From: Octopus vulgaris
Lineage: Eukaryota
Assembly (NCBI GenBank): GCA_951406725.2
Contig: OX597828.1
Coordinates: 41,292,001 to 41,356,000, forward strand
Length of the DNA: 64,000 bases
Direction: 5' to 3'
The notes under the pieces are model-generated. The model made no database searches, was not told the DNA's origin, and saw only the letters and a list, made by a program, of their open reading frames with translations. Positions 27,159-40,479 of the stretch are shown piece after piece. The position numbers and the translations under genes are program-made. Position 1 is the first letter of the stretch. Each line of letters opens with the position of its first letter.

Positions 27159-27520
27159 TAATAATAATATAAATAATATATAAATATATGCATATATACA
27201 TACATATATGTACATACCTACATATATATGTATATATACATATATACATACATATATGTACATACCTACATATATATGTATATATACATGCATATATGGG
27301 TACAGGATATCAACAAAACGTTGAACACAATGAGAAACGAAAACATAAAAACAAAAAACATAGAAAACGAACTTTTTCGAAGAACGAAAACCCCCAGAGA
27401 AACGGGACATACAACATAAAGAATATTCCCCTTCTTCAGTTGTCCCTGTTTCATTTACTCCGCGTTTCGAAGGTAAGGACAATATGTATATGTATATGTA
27501 TGTATATATATATGTATATA

Positions 27521-27594
<74 letters not shown>

Positions 27595-27597
27595 CAT

Positions 27598-27629
<32 letters not shown>

Positions 27630-27923
27630 GTTTATACTTGCATACATATATACTTGTGAGGGCGTATGGTTTAGTGGTTTTAGTGTTGCACGGAGGTTCG
27701 TGGGTTCGATTCACGGATCGGGTAGTGGGTTATGTTCTTGAGCAAAAGCCCTTCATTTCAAGTTGCTCTGCTATCTGTACAGGTAATGCCGACTTGATGG
27801 TGGGAGTGAGCTAATTGTACAGTAGAAAAATTTGACCCTTATAAACAAATCATTCTTGTTCAGCAAGAAATTACAAAATCGTCTCTCCCGGAATCCAGGG
27901 ACTACGATTTACATGCATAGGCA

Positions 27924-27960
<37 letters not shown>

Positions 27961-27961
27961 G

Positions 27962-28040
<79 letters not shown>

Positions 28041-28066
28041 ATCTATCTGTCTGTCTATCTGCCTGC

Positions 28067-28213
<147 letters not shown>

Positions 28214-28215
28214 TA

Positions 28216-28280
<65 letters not shown>

Positions 28281-28281
28281 C

Positions 28282-28740
28282 GGTTTATCAGCTGAGTCTA
28301 TCGTCAATATTGTCACGCCTCCTTCCTTCAAACGGGAAGGAAGAGCTATTTTCATCATCCTTGTGGCTATGGCGAAAGAATGTATCTGGTGGACGCGTCT
28401 GAAAGGATTGGGGACAAACACTTTCCTCTCTGATCAATCTCTCATCAACTTCTTCAAGTACCACTTGAAAAGGAAAGTGAGAGTAGAGAGGCAATTTTTG
28501 TCTAGTGAATGTTTAAAAAAAAGATGGGTGAATGTAGCAAGGATGGCACGTATGAATGACGTGAATGTAGCAAGGATGGCACGTATGAACCCAGAAATTG
28601 AAAACAGAGGGTTACCCACTTGCAAACAAATGTGGTAACATATAACAATATTGACCAAGGTTATCGTGGTCTTTTTCGTAGGCTTTTCTTCCCACGGATA
28701 AACCTTACTTGCTTTCCCCTTTACACCACACTCTGCCAAC
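28282..28740 (+). pseudogene. Probable L1/Tx1-like LINE ORF2 C-terminal fragment
   Basis: [14 protein letters not shown] resembles the AKxxIWxxR motif; contains a 33-bp tandem duplication. Confidence 0.4.
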
Positions 28741-29164
28741 GCCTCGTGGAGCTTTTATGTGCTTTCGCTCAATAAACACACACAACGCCCGGTCTGGGAA
28801 TCGAAACCGCGATCCTCTGACTACGAGTCCACTGCCCTAACCACTGGGCCATTGCGCCTCCACATACACACACTCACACGTCGAAGGCGACGTATGAACG
28901 TTCACCCATTGCCGAACGACCTGCACAAATGATTTCTTTATAGTGATCAAATGTTGGCGGCGCGCATGAGCCCACTCTCTCCACCAAATCGACGAAGTCT
29001 GAACGGGTGAGCGATGTACCACGCGTCCGATGTCGAAGCCATTGCAGAATAACGCGAGATGAAGTGTATTCCCAAGAACACAACGCACTACCCAGTCTAG
29101 GAATTGAAAGCACGGTCGCTAGATAGTGAGTGCAACACCCCAACCACTAGGCCACGCGCCTTCA

Positions 29165-29320
<156 letters not shown>

Positions 29321-29704
29321 AATAAATGTTTTTATATATAAAGAACGTGAAATACAGGAAGGGACGAACACGGAACACAGACAAATCATTCGAAGCCTTC
29401 AATCTTCAGTCAGACACCGAATCATCATAGCAAATTTCGGCTGTTCAATTCTGATATTTGCTCCAACTCGGCCAGCCCCAAGAAAAAAACTAAGCTGTAA
29501 GCATTAGATTTCTTGGTAGAAGACAGGAATGTGAACGCACAAGACGGATGTAAATACAAGAGACGAAAACGAAATTGAAAACAGTAATGGATAAACAAAA
29601 TATAACGATGGTTGTCTTACGACTTTAGACCAAATGAGACAAAAACAACAACAACATAGCAACTGGCGTAGAAATAATTACCGTTTCGGTAGAGGGGACA
29701 CATG

Positions 29705-29746
<42 letters not shown>

Positions 29747-29784
29747 ATCACGTGTGTGTGTGCGCCTCCACACACACACACATA

Positions 29785-30002
29785 TACTCTTATACTCTTC
29801 TACTCTTTTACTTGTTTCAGTCATTTGACTGCGGCCATGTTGGAGCACCGTCTTTAGTCTAGCAAATCGACCCCAGAACTTATTCTTTGTAAGCCTAGTA
29901 TTTATTCTATCGGCCTTGTTTGCCGAACCGCTAATTTACGGGGACGTAAACACACCAGCAGCGGTTGTCAAGCGATGTTGGGGGACAAACACAGACACAC
30001 AA

Positions 30003-30041
<39 letters not shown>

Positions 30042-30208
30042 CACATACGACGGGCTTCTTTCAGTTTCCGTCTACTAAATCCACTGACAAGGCTTTGGTC
30101 AGCCCGAGGCTATAGCAGAAGACACTTGCCCAAGGTGCCACGCAGTGGGACTGAACCCGGAACCATGTGGTTGGTAAGCAAGCTACTTACCACACAGCCA
30201 CTCCTGCG

Positions 30209-30210
<2 letters not shown>
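29785..30210 (-). mobile_element. SINE family A, full length
   Basis: Complete head to tail match. Confidence 0.9.
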
Positions 30211-30251
<41 letters not shown>

Positions 30252-30275
30252 ATATTGTGTGTGTGTATATATATG

Positions 30276-30326
<51 letters not shown>

Positions 30327-30378
30327 GTGTATATATATATGTATGTGTGTGTGTGTGTGTATATATATATATCTCTTT

Positions 30379-30726
30379 GATCACTTTGACCGACCAGTCC
30401 GTCAGGCGTCCATTTGACACCGCTGGTCACAGCACACTGTCCACTCCTCTCTGGATCGCGCCTTTCTCATCCACGTGATCCCAATCGTCCTCTTGAAATC
30501 GTCACTCCACCGTCGCGGAGGTCTTCCGGGTTGTCTTTTCCGCTCACGCAGGTACCACTCGACAACTGCGTGCGTCCACCGATTATCGGTGAGTCGGGCG
30601 ACGTGTCCAGCCCATCTATACTTGCTGCGAGTATACTCTGCGATGACATCTCTCACGCCGGACTTCTTTTTGATGATGTTGCTATTTATGTGGTCTCTCA
30701 ACGAGATACCAAGCATTGACAGCCAT

Positions 30727-30728
<2 letters not shown>
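30379..30728 (-). pseudogene. 3' end of an RTE-clade LINE between (TA)n tracts
   Basis: MLGISLRDHI..KYRWAGHVAR..RWT..W.LRERKRQPGRPPRRWSD. Confidence 0.88.
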
Positions 30729-30778
<50 letters not shown>

Positions 30779-32074
30779 AAATTTGTGTTAGAAGCGGCTC
30801 AATAATATAATCGTTATCAGAATCACATATTTAACGTATGTGTGTTGTTAAACGCTTGTAACTGCGGTATTTTGCCTAAGGAATATCTTTTTAAAGACGT
30901 ATCGTATTAAAAGCACAGAATACTTCAAAGACAGGTGAAACAAAAACGCTTCGGAAGCGAACTAGAACGGCGTAGATCGACATTTCGTAGTTTTTTTTTC
31001 TTTCTGTTCATCAGTGTTGTATACTCCACCTCACTCCTGAAACGAATCCGAATTGCCAGCTAGAAATATATACAGTATATATATATACGGGGATCTACCT
31101 CAAGGGCACTTGCTCCAATGCATCCCATTGCTAAGAAGGGTAACTTCTGTGACCTTAAAAAAAAACAAAAAAAAAACTAGTGACCTATTACCTTCAGTGT
31201 CAATATGACAAAAGTGATGGAGACAAGCTTCAACCTGCTTCTTTCTCGTGTGTAATCCCCATCCCTTTCAACATGCAGTATCCAAATGCGGAAGACACTG
31301 GCCTACCTGTGATTTACTCTCCGTTGTTACAAATGTACGCGCGCGCTCTTTCTTGAGAATCTAAATTATTCTAATATCATGACACTCGTCATCAGCTGAA
31401 GTTTTTGGACATGTCTAATAAGAGCATTTTCCGCCGAGGTCGACTTTGCCGTGCATCCTTTCGGGGTCGATAAATAAAGTACCAGTTTCCCACTGGGGTC
31501 GATGTAATCGACTTAATTCCTTTGTCTGTTCTTGTTTTCCCCCTCTATGTTTAGCCCCTTGTGGGCAGTAAAGAAATACATTTTCTCACTAAGTTTCTTG
31601 TCCACGAGTTTCATCTGTTTCTTATATCTCGTGAACAACGTTACCTGTTACACAACTCTGTGATGGCCTGCGTTGACAGATCTTTGTTATGAACTCTTAG
31701 TCTATCAACTCTGCTGTATCGTAGTTATGTAATGTTTGTCCATCAATCGTTTCATTTGTATTCGCAGTCGCTATAAACAACAAACAATGTTATAGAGATA
31801 ATCTTACCTTTCTCTCTTTCCTTAACCTTCCACGCTCGGGTGTCATCCATACGCAGCTTAAATTCTCCACCTTAAGCCTTCCTTGACTCCATCAACAAAG
31901 ACCTGCAAAAAACAATTTTTCAACAGCAATGAGACACTTTTAAAAGCAAATGAAGAATTAACTGCCACATGAAGTAAAGAATCAGATTTCTAGCTCTTCC
32001 TTTCTACACACGTTACAGCTTCAAATAAAGCCCCATGGTGGTCCTGCCTGTATAATTATTCACATCTATTGGAT

Positions 32075-32114
32075 AGTGCTGCTGTTGTTGCTGCTGCTGC
32101 TGCTACTACTACTA

Positions 32115-32152
<38 letters not shown>

Positions 32153-32394
32153 ATTACTACTACTACTACTACTACTACCACAACCAAAACCACCACTACT
32201 ACCACCAAAACAACCTCCACCACCACTACTACTACTACTACCACCACCACCACCACCACCACCACCACCATCACCACTGCTACTACTACCACCACCACCA
32301 CCAAAATCTCCTCCACCACTACCACCAAAACCACCTCCACCACCACCACTACTATCCCCTACTACTACTACTACTACTACTACTACTCCTACTC

Positions 32395-32434
<40 letters not shown>

Positions 32435-32435
32435 A
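32075..32435. repeat. Compound CTA/CTG/CAC microsatellite
   Basis: Directly visible; the flanks resemble a decayed CR1/Jockey-like RT thumb (IQKKTIKLIAD). Confidence 0.9.
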
Positions 32436-33104
32436 AAGACAAACATCCTTGGCTACATCCAAAAGAAGACCATTAAACTGATTGCTGATAATTCACTTAC
32501 CAGCGTGTTACAGCTTCTGTTACAGCTTCTGTTACAGCTCCTCCTGCAAAATATTCTGTCACAACTGCAACAGCCTCTAAATCCTCTCAACTATCGAGCT
32601 TTATAACTTCTCCACCAAGTCTCACTCGTCATTTCTTATTATGCAACCTTACCACGCCTCCTTCTGTAGACCTAGCCCCTACATTACCTACTCAATATTT
32701 ATCCCTAGAACAGCGACCCCTTAGCATTATATTTCCTCGCCCAAACTTTTCTTGGCAGACTTGAATTTACGTAAGTACGAACGTTCAAAGCGAAAAACAA
32801 CAACAATGACATTACCTATTTGGTAATATCTTTGAAAAATCATGGGTACTGGCTTCCTGCTATGAGTAACGGCCTAACATATGAAAAAAAAAAAAAAAAA
32901 AAAAAATCAGACGATTCGACACCGGATTAACTTTGCTGGGGTTAAACATCCAATAAAATTTCAAAAGATTGAATTTATAGAAAAAACACATTTTTATATT
33001 TTCATTTCGCCTAAATAAATAACAAGTTTTATTTCCTTTATCAAATATTGTAGTTGAATGTCCTGGAAGAAGAGTAAAACATTCAATAGAATAGAAAAAA
33101 CGAT

Positions 33105-33168
<64 letters not shown>

Positions 33169-33315
33169 GTTCATTTTGAATTGATAAAAGGTGGGTTTTT
33201 TCTAATTTTTATATGTATATTATATTTTGTGAAATTTGATTTAGTATTTCTAAATTGAATTTTTCCCTGTAAGTTAGGAATAATATTCCCTCAAATTATT
33301 ATTATTATTATTTTT

Positions 33316-33365
<50 letters not shown>

Positions 33366-33405
33366 CATACATACATACATAGATACATACATACATATAT
33401 ATATG

Positions 33406-33794
33406 GATGGATGGAAGCACTCCGTCGGTTACGACGACGAGGGTTCCGGTTGATCCGAATCAACGGAACAGCCTGCTCGGGAAATTAACGTGTAAGTGGC
33501 TGAGCACTCCACAGACACGTGTACCCTTAACGTAGTTCTCGGGGATATTCAGCGTGACACAGAGAGTGACAAGGCCGGCCCTTTGAAATACAGGTACAAC
33601 AGAAACAGGAAGTAAGAGTGAGAGAAAGTTGTGGTGAAAGAGTACAGCAGGGATCGCCACCATCCCCTGCCGGAGCCTCGTGGAGCTTTAGGTGTTTTCG
33701 CTCAATAAACACTCACAACGCCCGGTCTGGGAATCGAAACCGCGATCCTATGACCGCGAGTCCGCTGCCCTAACCACTGGGCCATTGCGCCTCC
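33406..33794 (-). mobile_element. SINE family B, full length
   Basis: Near identical to 21982-22368. Confidence 0.92.
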
Positions 33795-34007
33795 CTACAA
33801 GCAATAACTGTTTACTTGAATGGGCTATGGTGTCCAAAGAGTGACTGCAGTATGAAACATCCTTAACTGTCTTTTTCAGGTGGTGCTTTAAGTTAGTCAT
33901 GATCTGGGCCAATTCTGAACGAAACCTATTTAAGAATATATATATTTTAAAATTTAAATAAATCCTTATATATTCTCTGAGCATTTTCAACTTCATTTGT
34001 ATATATA

Positions 34008-34375
34008 CAGAGTGCGGTGAATAAACTGTCGTCTAAATTACGTAAAAAATGAAAATAATACTGACATCTCATTTTAACAGATATTTTTACCAAAATCATA
34101 TAAAAATATCTTGAAATGCTAAAGAGTAAATTTATTCAATAAAATCGCCATTGGCTTCAACCACGGCTTCCAGGCGATTTCGGAATCTCTTGCAACTCTT
34201 CTGGACGGCCTCCTTGTTTAAGTTAGTGAGTGAATGGTGCCATCCATAGTGTTGTTTCTCTCACAGAGGGTGCCCAACTGGCCCTACAATACTGTGTAGT
34301 TGACAAAGTCAAAAACAAACAATGTTCATGCGCGAAATTGAAAATATAAAACGGTGACAATTTACCCATCGCACC

Positions 34376-34378
<3 letters not shown>
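34008..34378 (-). mobile_element. Internally deleted Tc1/mariner element
   Basis: TA-cagagtgcggtgaataaactgtc ... gacaatttacccatcgcaccctg-TA; same family as 41694-42570. Confidence 0.85.
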
Positions 34379-34409
<31 letters not shown>

Positions 34410-34623
34410 CAATAATAATTCTCTAAAAGGAATATAGACAGTAACTGCTCGACAACATAAGGGACTAAAGCCATCTGAATATGGCTAGGGACAGGGCAGG
34501 GTGGTGGGGGTGTTACTGTTGCATTTAGCCCCAGGCGAACATCGACGTCACCAGAAAGGCTCGACACCGTCACGGTGCCCTAAACCTGCAAAGGGAGGTA
34601 ATTCCCCGATGAAGCGGAAACCA

Positions 34624-34669
34624 CACACGGACCATGGTTTCAAGGTGTATTGCCTATCATCGGCGTGTG
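34624..34669 (-). ncRNA. Type I hammerhead ribozyme (inverted copy)
   Basis: Reverse complement of 34746-34791. Confidence 0.72.
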
Positions 34670-34692
34670 GTAAATTTATTTTGCTTGAAAAT

Positions 34693-34700
34693 CTATATAA
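34693..34700 (+). promoter_or_regulatory. TATA-like box in each 360-bp unit (also 35053 and 35413)
   Basis: ctatataa about 50 bp upstream of the HHR; function is not shown. Confidence 0.3.
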
Positions 34701-34745
34701 GAAAATCCTGCAGAGAGAGAATTCGTCGAGGAAGCGGAGGCCTAC

Positions 34746-34791
34746 CACACGCCGATGATAGGCAATACACCTTGAAACCATGGTCCGTGTG
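34746..34791 (+). ncRNA. Type I hammerhead ribozyme, copy 1
   Basis: cacacg / CCGATGA / t-agg-caataca-cct-t / GAAA / ccatgg / TC / cgtgtg; predicted cleavage after C34785; outer stem gaagcgga/tccgcttc. Confidence 0.75.
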
Positions 34792-35105
34792 TGGTTTCCG
34801 CTTCATCGGGGAATTACCTCCCTTTGCAGGTTTAGGGCACCGTGACGGTGTCGAGCCTTTCTGGTGACGTCGATGTTCGCCTGGGGCTAAATGCAACAGT
34901 AACACCCCCACCACCCTGCCCTGTCCCTAGCCATATTCAGATGGCTTTAGTCCCTTATGTTGTCGAGCAGTTACTGTCTATATTCCTTTTAGAGAATTAT
35001 TATTGCTTTCGAACAGATTTTCGAAATCAGCAAATTTATTTTGCTTGAAAATCTATATAAGAAAATCCTGCAGAGAGAGAATTCGTCGAGGAAGCGGAGG
35101 CCTAC

Positions 35106-35151
35106 CACACGCCGATGATAGGCAATACACCTTGAAACCATGGTCCGTGTG
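35106..35151 (+). ncRNA. Type I hammerhead ribozyme, copy 2
   Basis: Identical to copy 1, offset +360. Confidence 0.75.
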
Positions 35152-35465
35152 TGGTTTCCGCTTCATCGGGGAATTACCTCCCTTTGCAGGTTTAGGGCAC
35201 CGTGACGGTGTCGAGCCTTTCTGGTGACGTCGATGTTCGCCTGGGGCTAAATGCAACAGTAACACCCCCACCACCCTGCCCTGTCCCTAGCCATATTCAG
35301 ATGGCTTTAGTCCCTTATGTTGTCGAGCAGTTACTGTCTATATTCCTTTTAGAGAATTATTATTGCTTTCGAACAGATTTTCGAAATCAGCAAATTTATT
35401 TTGCTTGAAAATCTATATAAGAAAATCCTGCAGAGAGAGAATTCGTCGAGGAAGCGGAGGCCTAC

Positions 35466-35511
35466 CACACGCCGATGATAGGCAATACACCTTGAAACCA
35501 TGGTCCGTGTG
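35466..35511 (+). ncRNA. Type I hammerhead ribozyme, copy 3
   Basis: Identical to copy 1, offset +720. Confidence 0.75.
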
Positions 35512-36137
35512 TGGTTTCCGCTTCATCGGGGAATTACCTCCCTTTGCAGGTTTAGGGCACCGTGACGGTGTCGAGCCTTTCTGGTGACGTCGATGTTCGC
35601 CTGGGGCTAAATGCAACAGTAACACCCCCACCACCCTGCCCTGTCCCTAGCCATATTCAGATGGCTTTAGTCCCTTATGTTATATATATATATATATATA
35701 TATAAATGTGTGTGAGTGTATGTATGTGCGTGTGTGTGTGTATGTGTATGTATGTATATATGTATGTGTGTATGTATGTATGTATGTATGTATGTATGTA
35801 TGTATGTATGTATAGGAGCAGGCGTGACTTCGCAACCACATAATTCCGCGTTCCGTCAGTAGGTTTGGTAGACGGAAACTGAAGGAAACCTGTCGTATAC
35901 ACACACACACACACAGACTCTTATACGCTAACATAACCATAAACACATGCAAAAACCTGAAAAACCTTGAACCGCTTTTCTTTATAGCTAGTTGATCTAG
36001 GTTTATGAAGCTATAAACCTAGTTTGTGGCTTACTCTTTGTGGTATGCATGCGTGATTACGCATTTCAGCATATGAGAGATCAGAAGGCATTGAACCAGC
36101 TTTCCGCACAACAAATAAACTGGAAGTTAACATCATA

Positions 36138-36545
36138 GGCGCAGGAGTGGCTGTGTGGTAAGTAGCTTACTTACCAACCACATGGTTCCGGGTTCAGTCC
36201 CACTGCGTGGCATCTTGGGCAAGTGTCTTCTGCTATAGCCCCGGGCCGACCAATGCCTTGTGAGTGGATTTGGTAGACGGAAACTGAAAGAAGCCTGTCG
36301 TATATATGTATATATATATATGTGTGTGTGTGTTTGTGTGTCTGTGTTTGTACCCCTAGCATTGCTTGACAACGGATGCTGGTGTGTTTACGTCCCCGTC
36401 ACTTAGCGGTTCGGCAAAAGAGACCGATAGAATAAGTACTGGGTTTACAAAGAATAAGTCCCGGGGTCGATTTGCTCGACTAAAGGCGGTGCTCCAGCAT
36501 GGCCGCAGTCAAATGACTGAAACATGTAAAAGAGAAAAAGAGAGT
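36138..36545 (+). mobile_element. SINE family A, full length
   Basis: Complete copy. Confidence 0.9.
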
Positions 36546-36577
36546 ATCATGTCGAACGACACTGATAAATTTCGACT

Positions 36578-36661
<84 letters not shown>

Positions 36662-37029
36662 CTTTATTCGCCATAAGGTTGAGAAAAAGAGGGGACAAAA
36701 CAAACGTTGGGGTCAGGGTATCGAATGCGACGAAACATGAATAAACAAACATTTAAAATATATACAATTAAATGAGAATGAGTGGATAACAAAAAAATGA
36801 AGCGGAGGACGCGGTCGACCCCACAAACCACATACTCACACAGAAGACTTTGCTTTCTCCTTTTTCACACTCTTGATTAAACAGGTTCTTTCACTCGCAA
36901 CATACTTGCTATAGACTTCCATCTTTTACGAAACACACTTTGCGACAGGCATTTCTTCTCAGAGAGAGAAAGAGAGAGAAAGAGAAAGAGCTGTCCATTC
37001 TGCAAGCTGTCTTTGACTGAGGAATGGTT

Positions 37030-37445
37030 AAGAATGGAGGCAGCACTACCAGATTTTCAGTCGGTGGGCAATTAAGTGAGCCCATCGAGATTCGGCGGGG
37101 TGTTAGACAAGGGGGATGCGTTCTCGCCGATCCTCTTCAACATCGCGACTGACCCGCTGTTAGATATTTTATCGGACAGAGGGGGTCTACGTGTTGAGGG
37201 GATCCGGGTGGATGGAATCGCGTGCGCCGATGATTTGGTCCTGGTCGCTGGGTCGCGCGGTGGTCTCCAGGCTCTTGTGGATAGATGCTTAGAGTTCTAC
37301 CGCGCAGTCGAGCTAGAACTCAATATCGGAAAGTGTGCATGGTTCTCCATTCGCGGCTTGGGCAAGTCCTATTTTGTCAACGATAGTACTCCGCCGAGTA
37401 TCGATGGTATCACATTGAAAAAGGTAGAACCGGAAGAGAGGGTGA
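37030..37445 (+). pseudogene. Non-LTR reverse transcriptase fragment
   Basis: (R)QGDAFSPILFN (frameshifted at the start), ACADDLVL, LELNIGKC = RT motifs 4-6. Confidence 0.85.
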
Positions 37446-37583
37446 GTAACATAACCGTACATGCACAGAACGTGAGTAAAAAAGGGTTGTAAATAAGATG
37501 TGTACATAACACTGTATACTGAAGTATTTAATCAAGTGCCATATTGAGATGTTTCAACTTGTTGTTTGTACTTCGTTCGTAGT

Positions 37584-37969
37584 GGATGGAAGCACTCCGT
37601 CGGTTACGACGACGAGGGTTCCGGTTGATCCGATCAACGGAACAGCCTGCTCATGAAATTAACGTGTAAGTGGCTGAGCACTCCACAGACACGTGTACCC
37701 TTAACGTAGTTCTCGGGGATATTCAGCGTGACACAGAGAGTGACAAGGCCGGCCCTTTGAAATACAGGTACAACAGAAACAGGAAGTAAGAGTGAGAGAA
37801 AGTTGTAGTGAAAGAGTACAGCCGGGATCACCACCATCTCTGCCGGAGCCTCGTGGAGCTTTAGGTGTTTTCGCTCAAAAAACACTCACAACGCCCGGTC
37901 TGGGAATCGAAACCGCGATCCTACGACCGCGAGTCCGCTGCCCTAACCACTGGGCCATTGCGCCTCCAC
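37584..37969 (-). mobile_element. SINE family B, full length
   Basis: 11-bp TSD tcgttcgtagt. Confidence 0.92.
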
Positions 37970-38247
37970 TCGTTCGTAGTATTACTGTCTACATAATCAT
38001 GTTTACAAACATACTGTTAAATATTACTTTCGCATGCCAAATTAAACTAAAGAGTATAGTTTAAACAGAAAACTGCATATCCTCCAGTACTTTTGGAAAA
38101 GTAGGGCTAAGCCAGGGAACATAATCTGCATAAAAAGGCTAATCAGTAAATTATAAAACGTCATCAAAAGAATGTACTAGAAGGCAGAGTTTTCACGGGA
38201 ATATCTATGTCATATCATTGTAAGACACACTGGAACAAAAACAAGTG

Positions 38248-38757
38248 CCGTAAATCCTCGAGTATAGTCCGCCCTTGAGTATAATACGCAGGGTATTTTT
38301 AGGGGGCTATACCTCTGAAAAACCTAAACCTTGTGTATAATACGCACCCCTTCTCTAACTTGAGTCAAGGAGGTCTATATAAGGTCCTTGGTTTGTAAAA
38401 ATGTATACGGTAACGTCCTTTATTATTATTGTATATATAACATAATGCAAACGTGTAGCTTTTTTGTGCATTTTGTCTGCAGAAAATAAAGAAATAACAG
38501 TAATAACGTTTAATAAATGTTGCTTACTGCAAGTTATGGATGATTCTTTTATGACTTCATTGCTTTTAGGATTATATTAAGGTATTTTCACGTCCAACAT
38601 CACAAAATGCGTCTGAATAAACATTGCCGGACGGCAAATAGAGACTCGGACATTGCTTAGAAAATATTTTTCATTTTTAATCTCGTATATAGTACGCACT
38701 AGGGATTTTGACCGTTAAATTTTGGGAAAAGTGCGGATTATACTCGAGGATTTACGG
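38248..38757. mobile_element. pogo/mariner-type MITE
   Basis: TIRs ccgtaaatcctcgagtatagtccgc / gcggattatactcgaggatttacgg; TA at the right flank. Confidence 0.85.
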
Positions 38758-39525
38758 TATTGCTGACACTGAACAAAAAGATTCAAGAATTTTGAAATAG
38801 AATTGGAAATATCCACTACGATAAGGTTTAAAAACAATGTAATAAAGATTTCCCATCTACATGTTTTCATACAAGACAGTAAAACCTGTTCAAATTAATG
38901 ACAAATTGTCTAGACTCGAGGAAAAATAACACATAAAACATTCAGAAAAGCTAATAAAAACCCCAACGATAACGCAAATTCTACGAAGCAAAAATAATAA
39001 GGAGACTGAAACTAGGCAAGAAAGAGCGGTATTTGGCTAAACATGAAACATATGCAACTCTTAAGGACCACAGGACCAAAATAAAGGCTAGTAAATCCTG
39101 CTAAAAGTAAGAAAAGTTAGCAAGCATACTAATATTAAACAACATTCAAATGCCCTGCAGTTACTGTGTTGTAAGTGCATGGTGAAGTGGCGGGAGAATA
39201 TCGATTGTGTGACCAATATTGCAGTTGGAGTCATTAAGTTTGTAATTTTCTTGTTTGCAATCATACTGGTCATTTATAACGTGTCCTTTGGTTTACATGC
39301 TTGTGGTTTGTAAATAATAAAAATGGTTTTTAATTTTAGTGCTTTTGTACTATTTTATTAGCGTTAGTTGATTGTTTAGTTTAATGAATTTGTATTCTAT
39401 TTTTCACAAGGTTTTTGATATGCCATTCGTTCAATAGTTAACAAATATTTGGTTGCTACAATACACTTATGTATTTCTAAATAGGTATGGTGTCTGATAC
39501 GTTGCAGTGCATTGTTCTATATATA

Positions 39526-39596
<71 letters not shown>

Positions 39597-39647
39597 GAGA
39601 GAAAGAGGGGTGACGAAGAGAGAGAGAGAGAGAGTAAGAGAGAGAGA

Positions 39648-39710
<63 letters not shown>

Positions 39711-40479
39711 ATAGTTTCTGTCTATTGAAGTTTACCGACAAGATATTGGTACGGTAAAAGAAACTTAAAAACAGTTACGGTACCATGTGAGATCGAACCC
39801 CGAAGTCAAGAGTTTTGGAAATCTTTAGTTTCTATTAAATAAATGATTTATACAATTTTTTATGTGGATACGTAATTACACTAGATAAACATTAATACAC
39901 GTGGTTGGATCAATACGTTGTCGAGATTTTCTGTGCGACCAACTTGGTTGTAGTCACAGAACGAGTGAACCAGCTGTATTAATTCTACGGTAATCTGTAT
40001 ATTGAGAAAGAACAGGCTGTCGTTTGAGAGATCGATTCGACGAGCAATTGTATGCAGTGTTCTTCATTACATTCCAGACAAACCTGTAGCCAACCACGTC
40101 AACACACCTGGATACTTCATTAATCTCTCACAATCCTATGTTTTATGGACATTGTGGTCATCAGTCCGTAGATAACATAAAGAAAAACCTATTATCTTTG
40201 CATTTCTCACAATACTCAAAGTGTCAGGGAGTGATTTGTAAAAGATTTGGCCCACTACATTCAGCAGGTTGAGTGTGGATCTAGTTGAAAGGTGCCGATT
40301 TATAGTAGCTTACCTTTCGACTTATTTTAGAACATTGTTGAGTCCATAAAATAGGATTTGACTACACCTCCATTTAGAGCACATTTTAAGCTATCTTTTC
40401 GTGGAAGAAGGTTTATGTTCCCATAACGTGTGTTAATTCTGTAACCCTTTAAAATAGAAGATAAGAAAGTTCCTTTTCG

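Larger units (their letters stand above)
34408..35681 (+). mobile_element. Candidate retrozyme / non-autonomous PLE: 360-bp tandem unit x2.8 plus an inverted 265-bp copy
   Basis: Units start at 34672, 35032 and 35392; 34408-34672 is the reverse complement of 34743-35007; (TA)n on both flanks; HHR in every copy. Confidence 0.8.

Noticed and set aside
32056-32606. Pro/Thr-rich ORFs
   Set aside because: Compound microsatellite within a decayed LINE-like remnant
34590-34645. Complete opposite-polarity hammerhead in the 360-bp unit
   Set aside because: Core words are present (ccgatga-agcg-gaaac) but no compatible stem I or NUH arrangement was found; kept only as an antisense-switch finding
34501-35634. 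Repeated 68-85 aa ORFs in the 360-bp units
   Set aside because: Short, overlapping on both strands, mostly non-ATG starts and no recognisable domain; the unit is better explained as structured RNA
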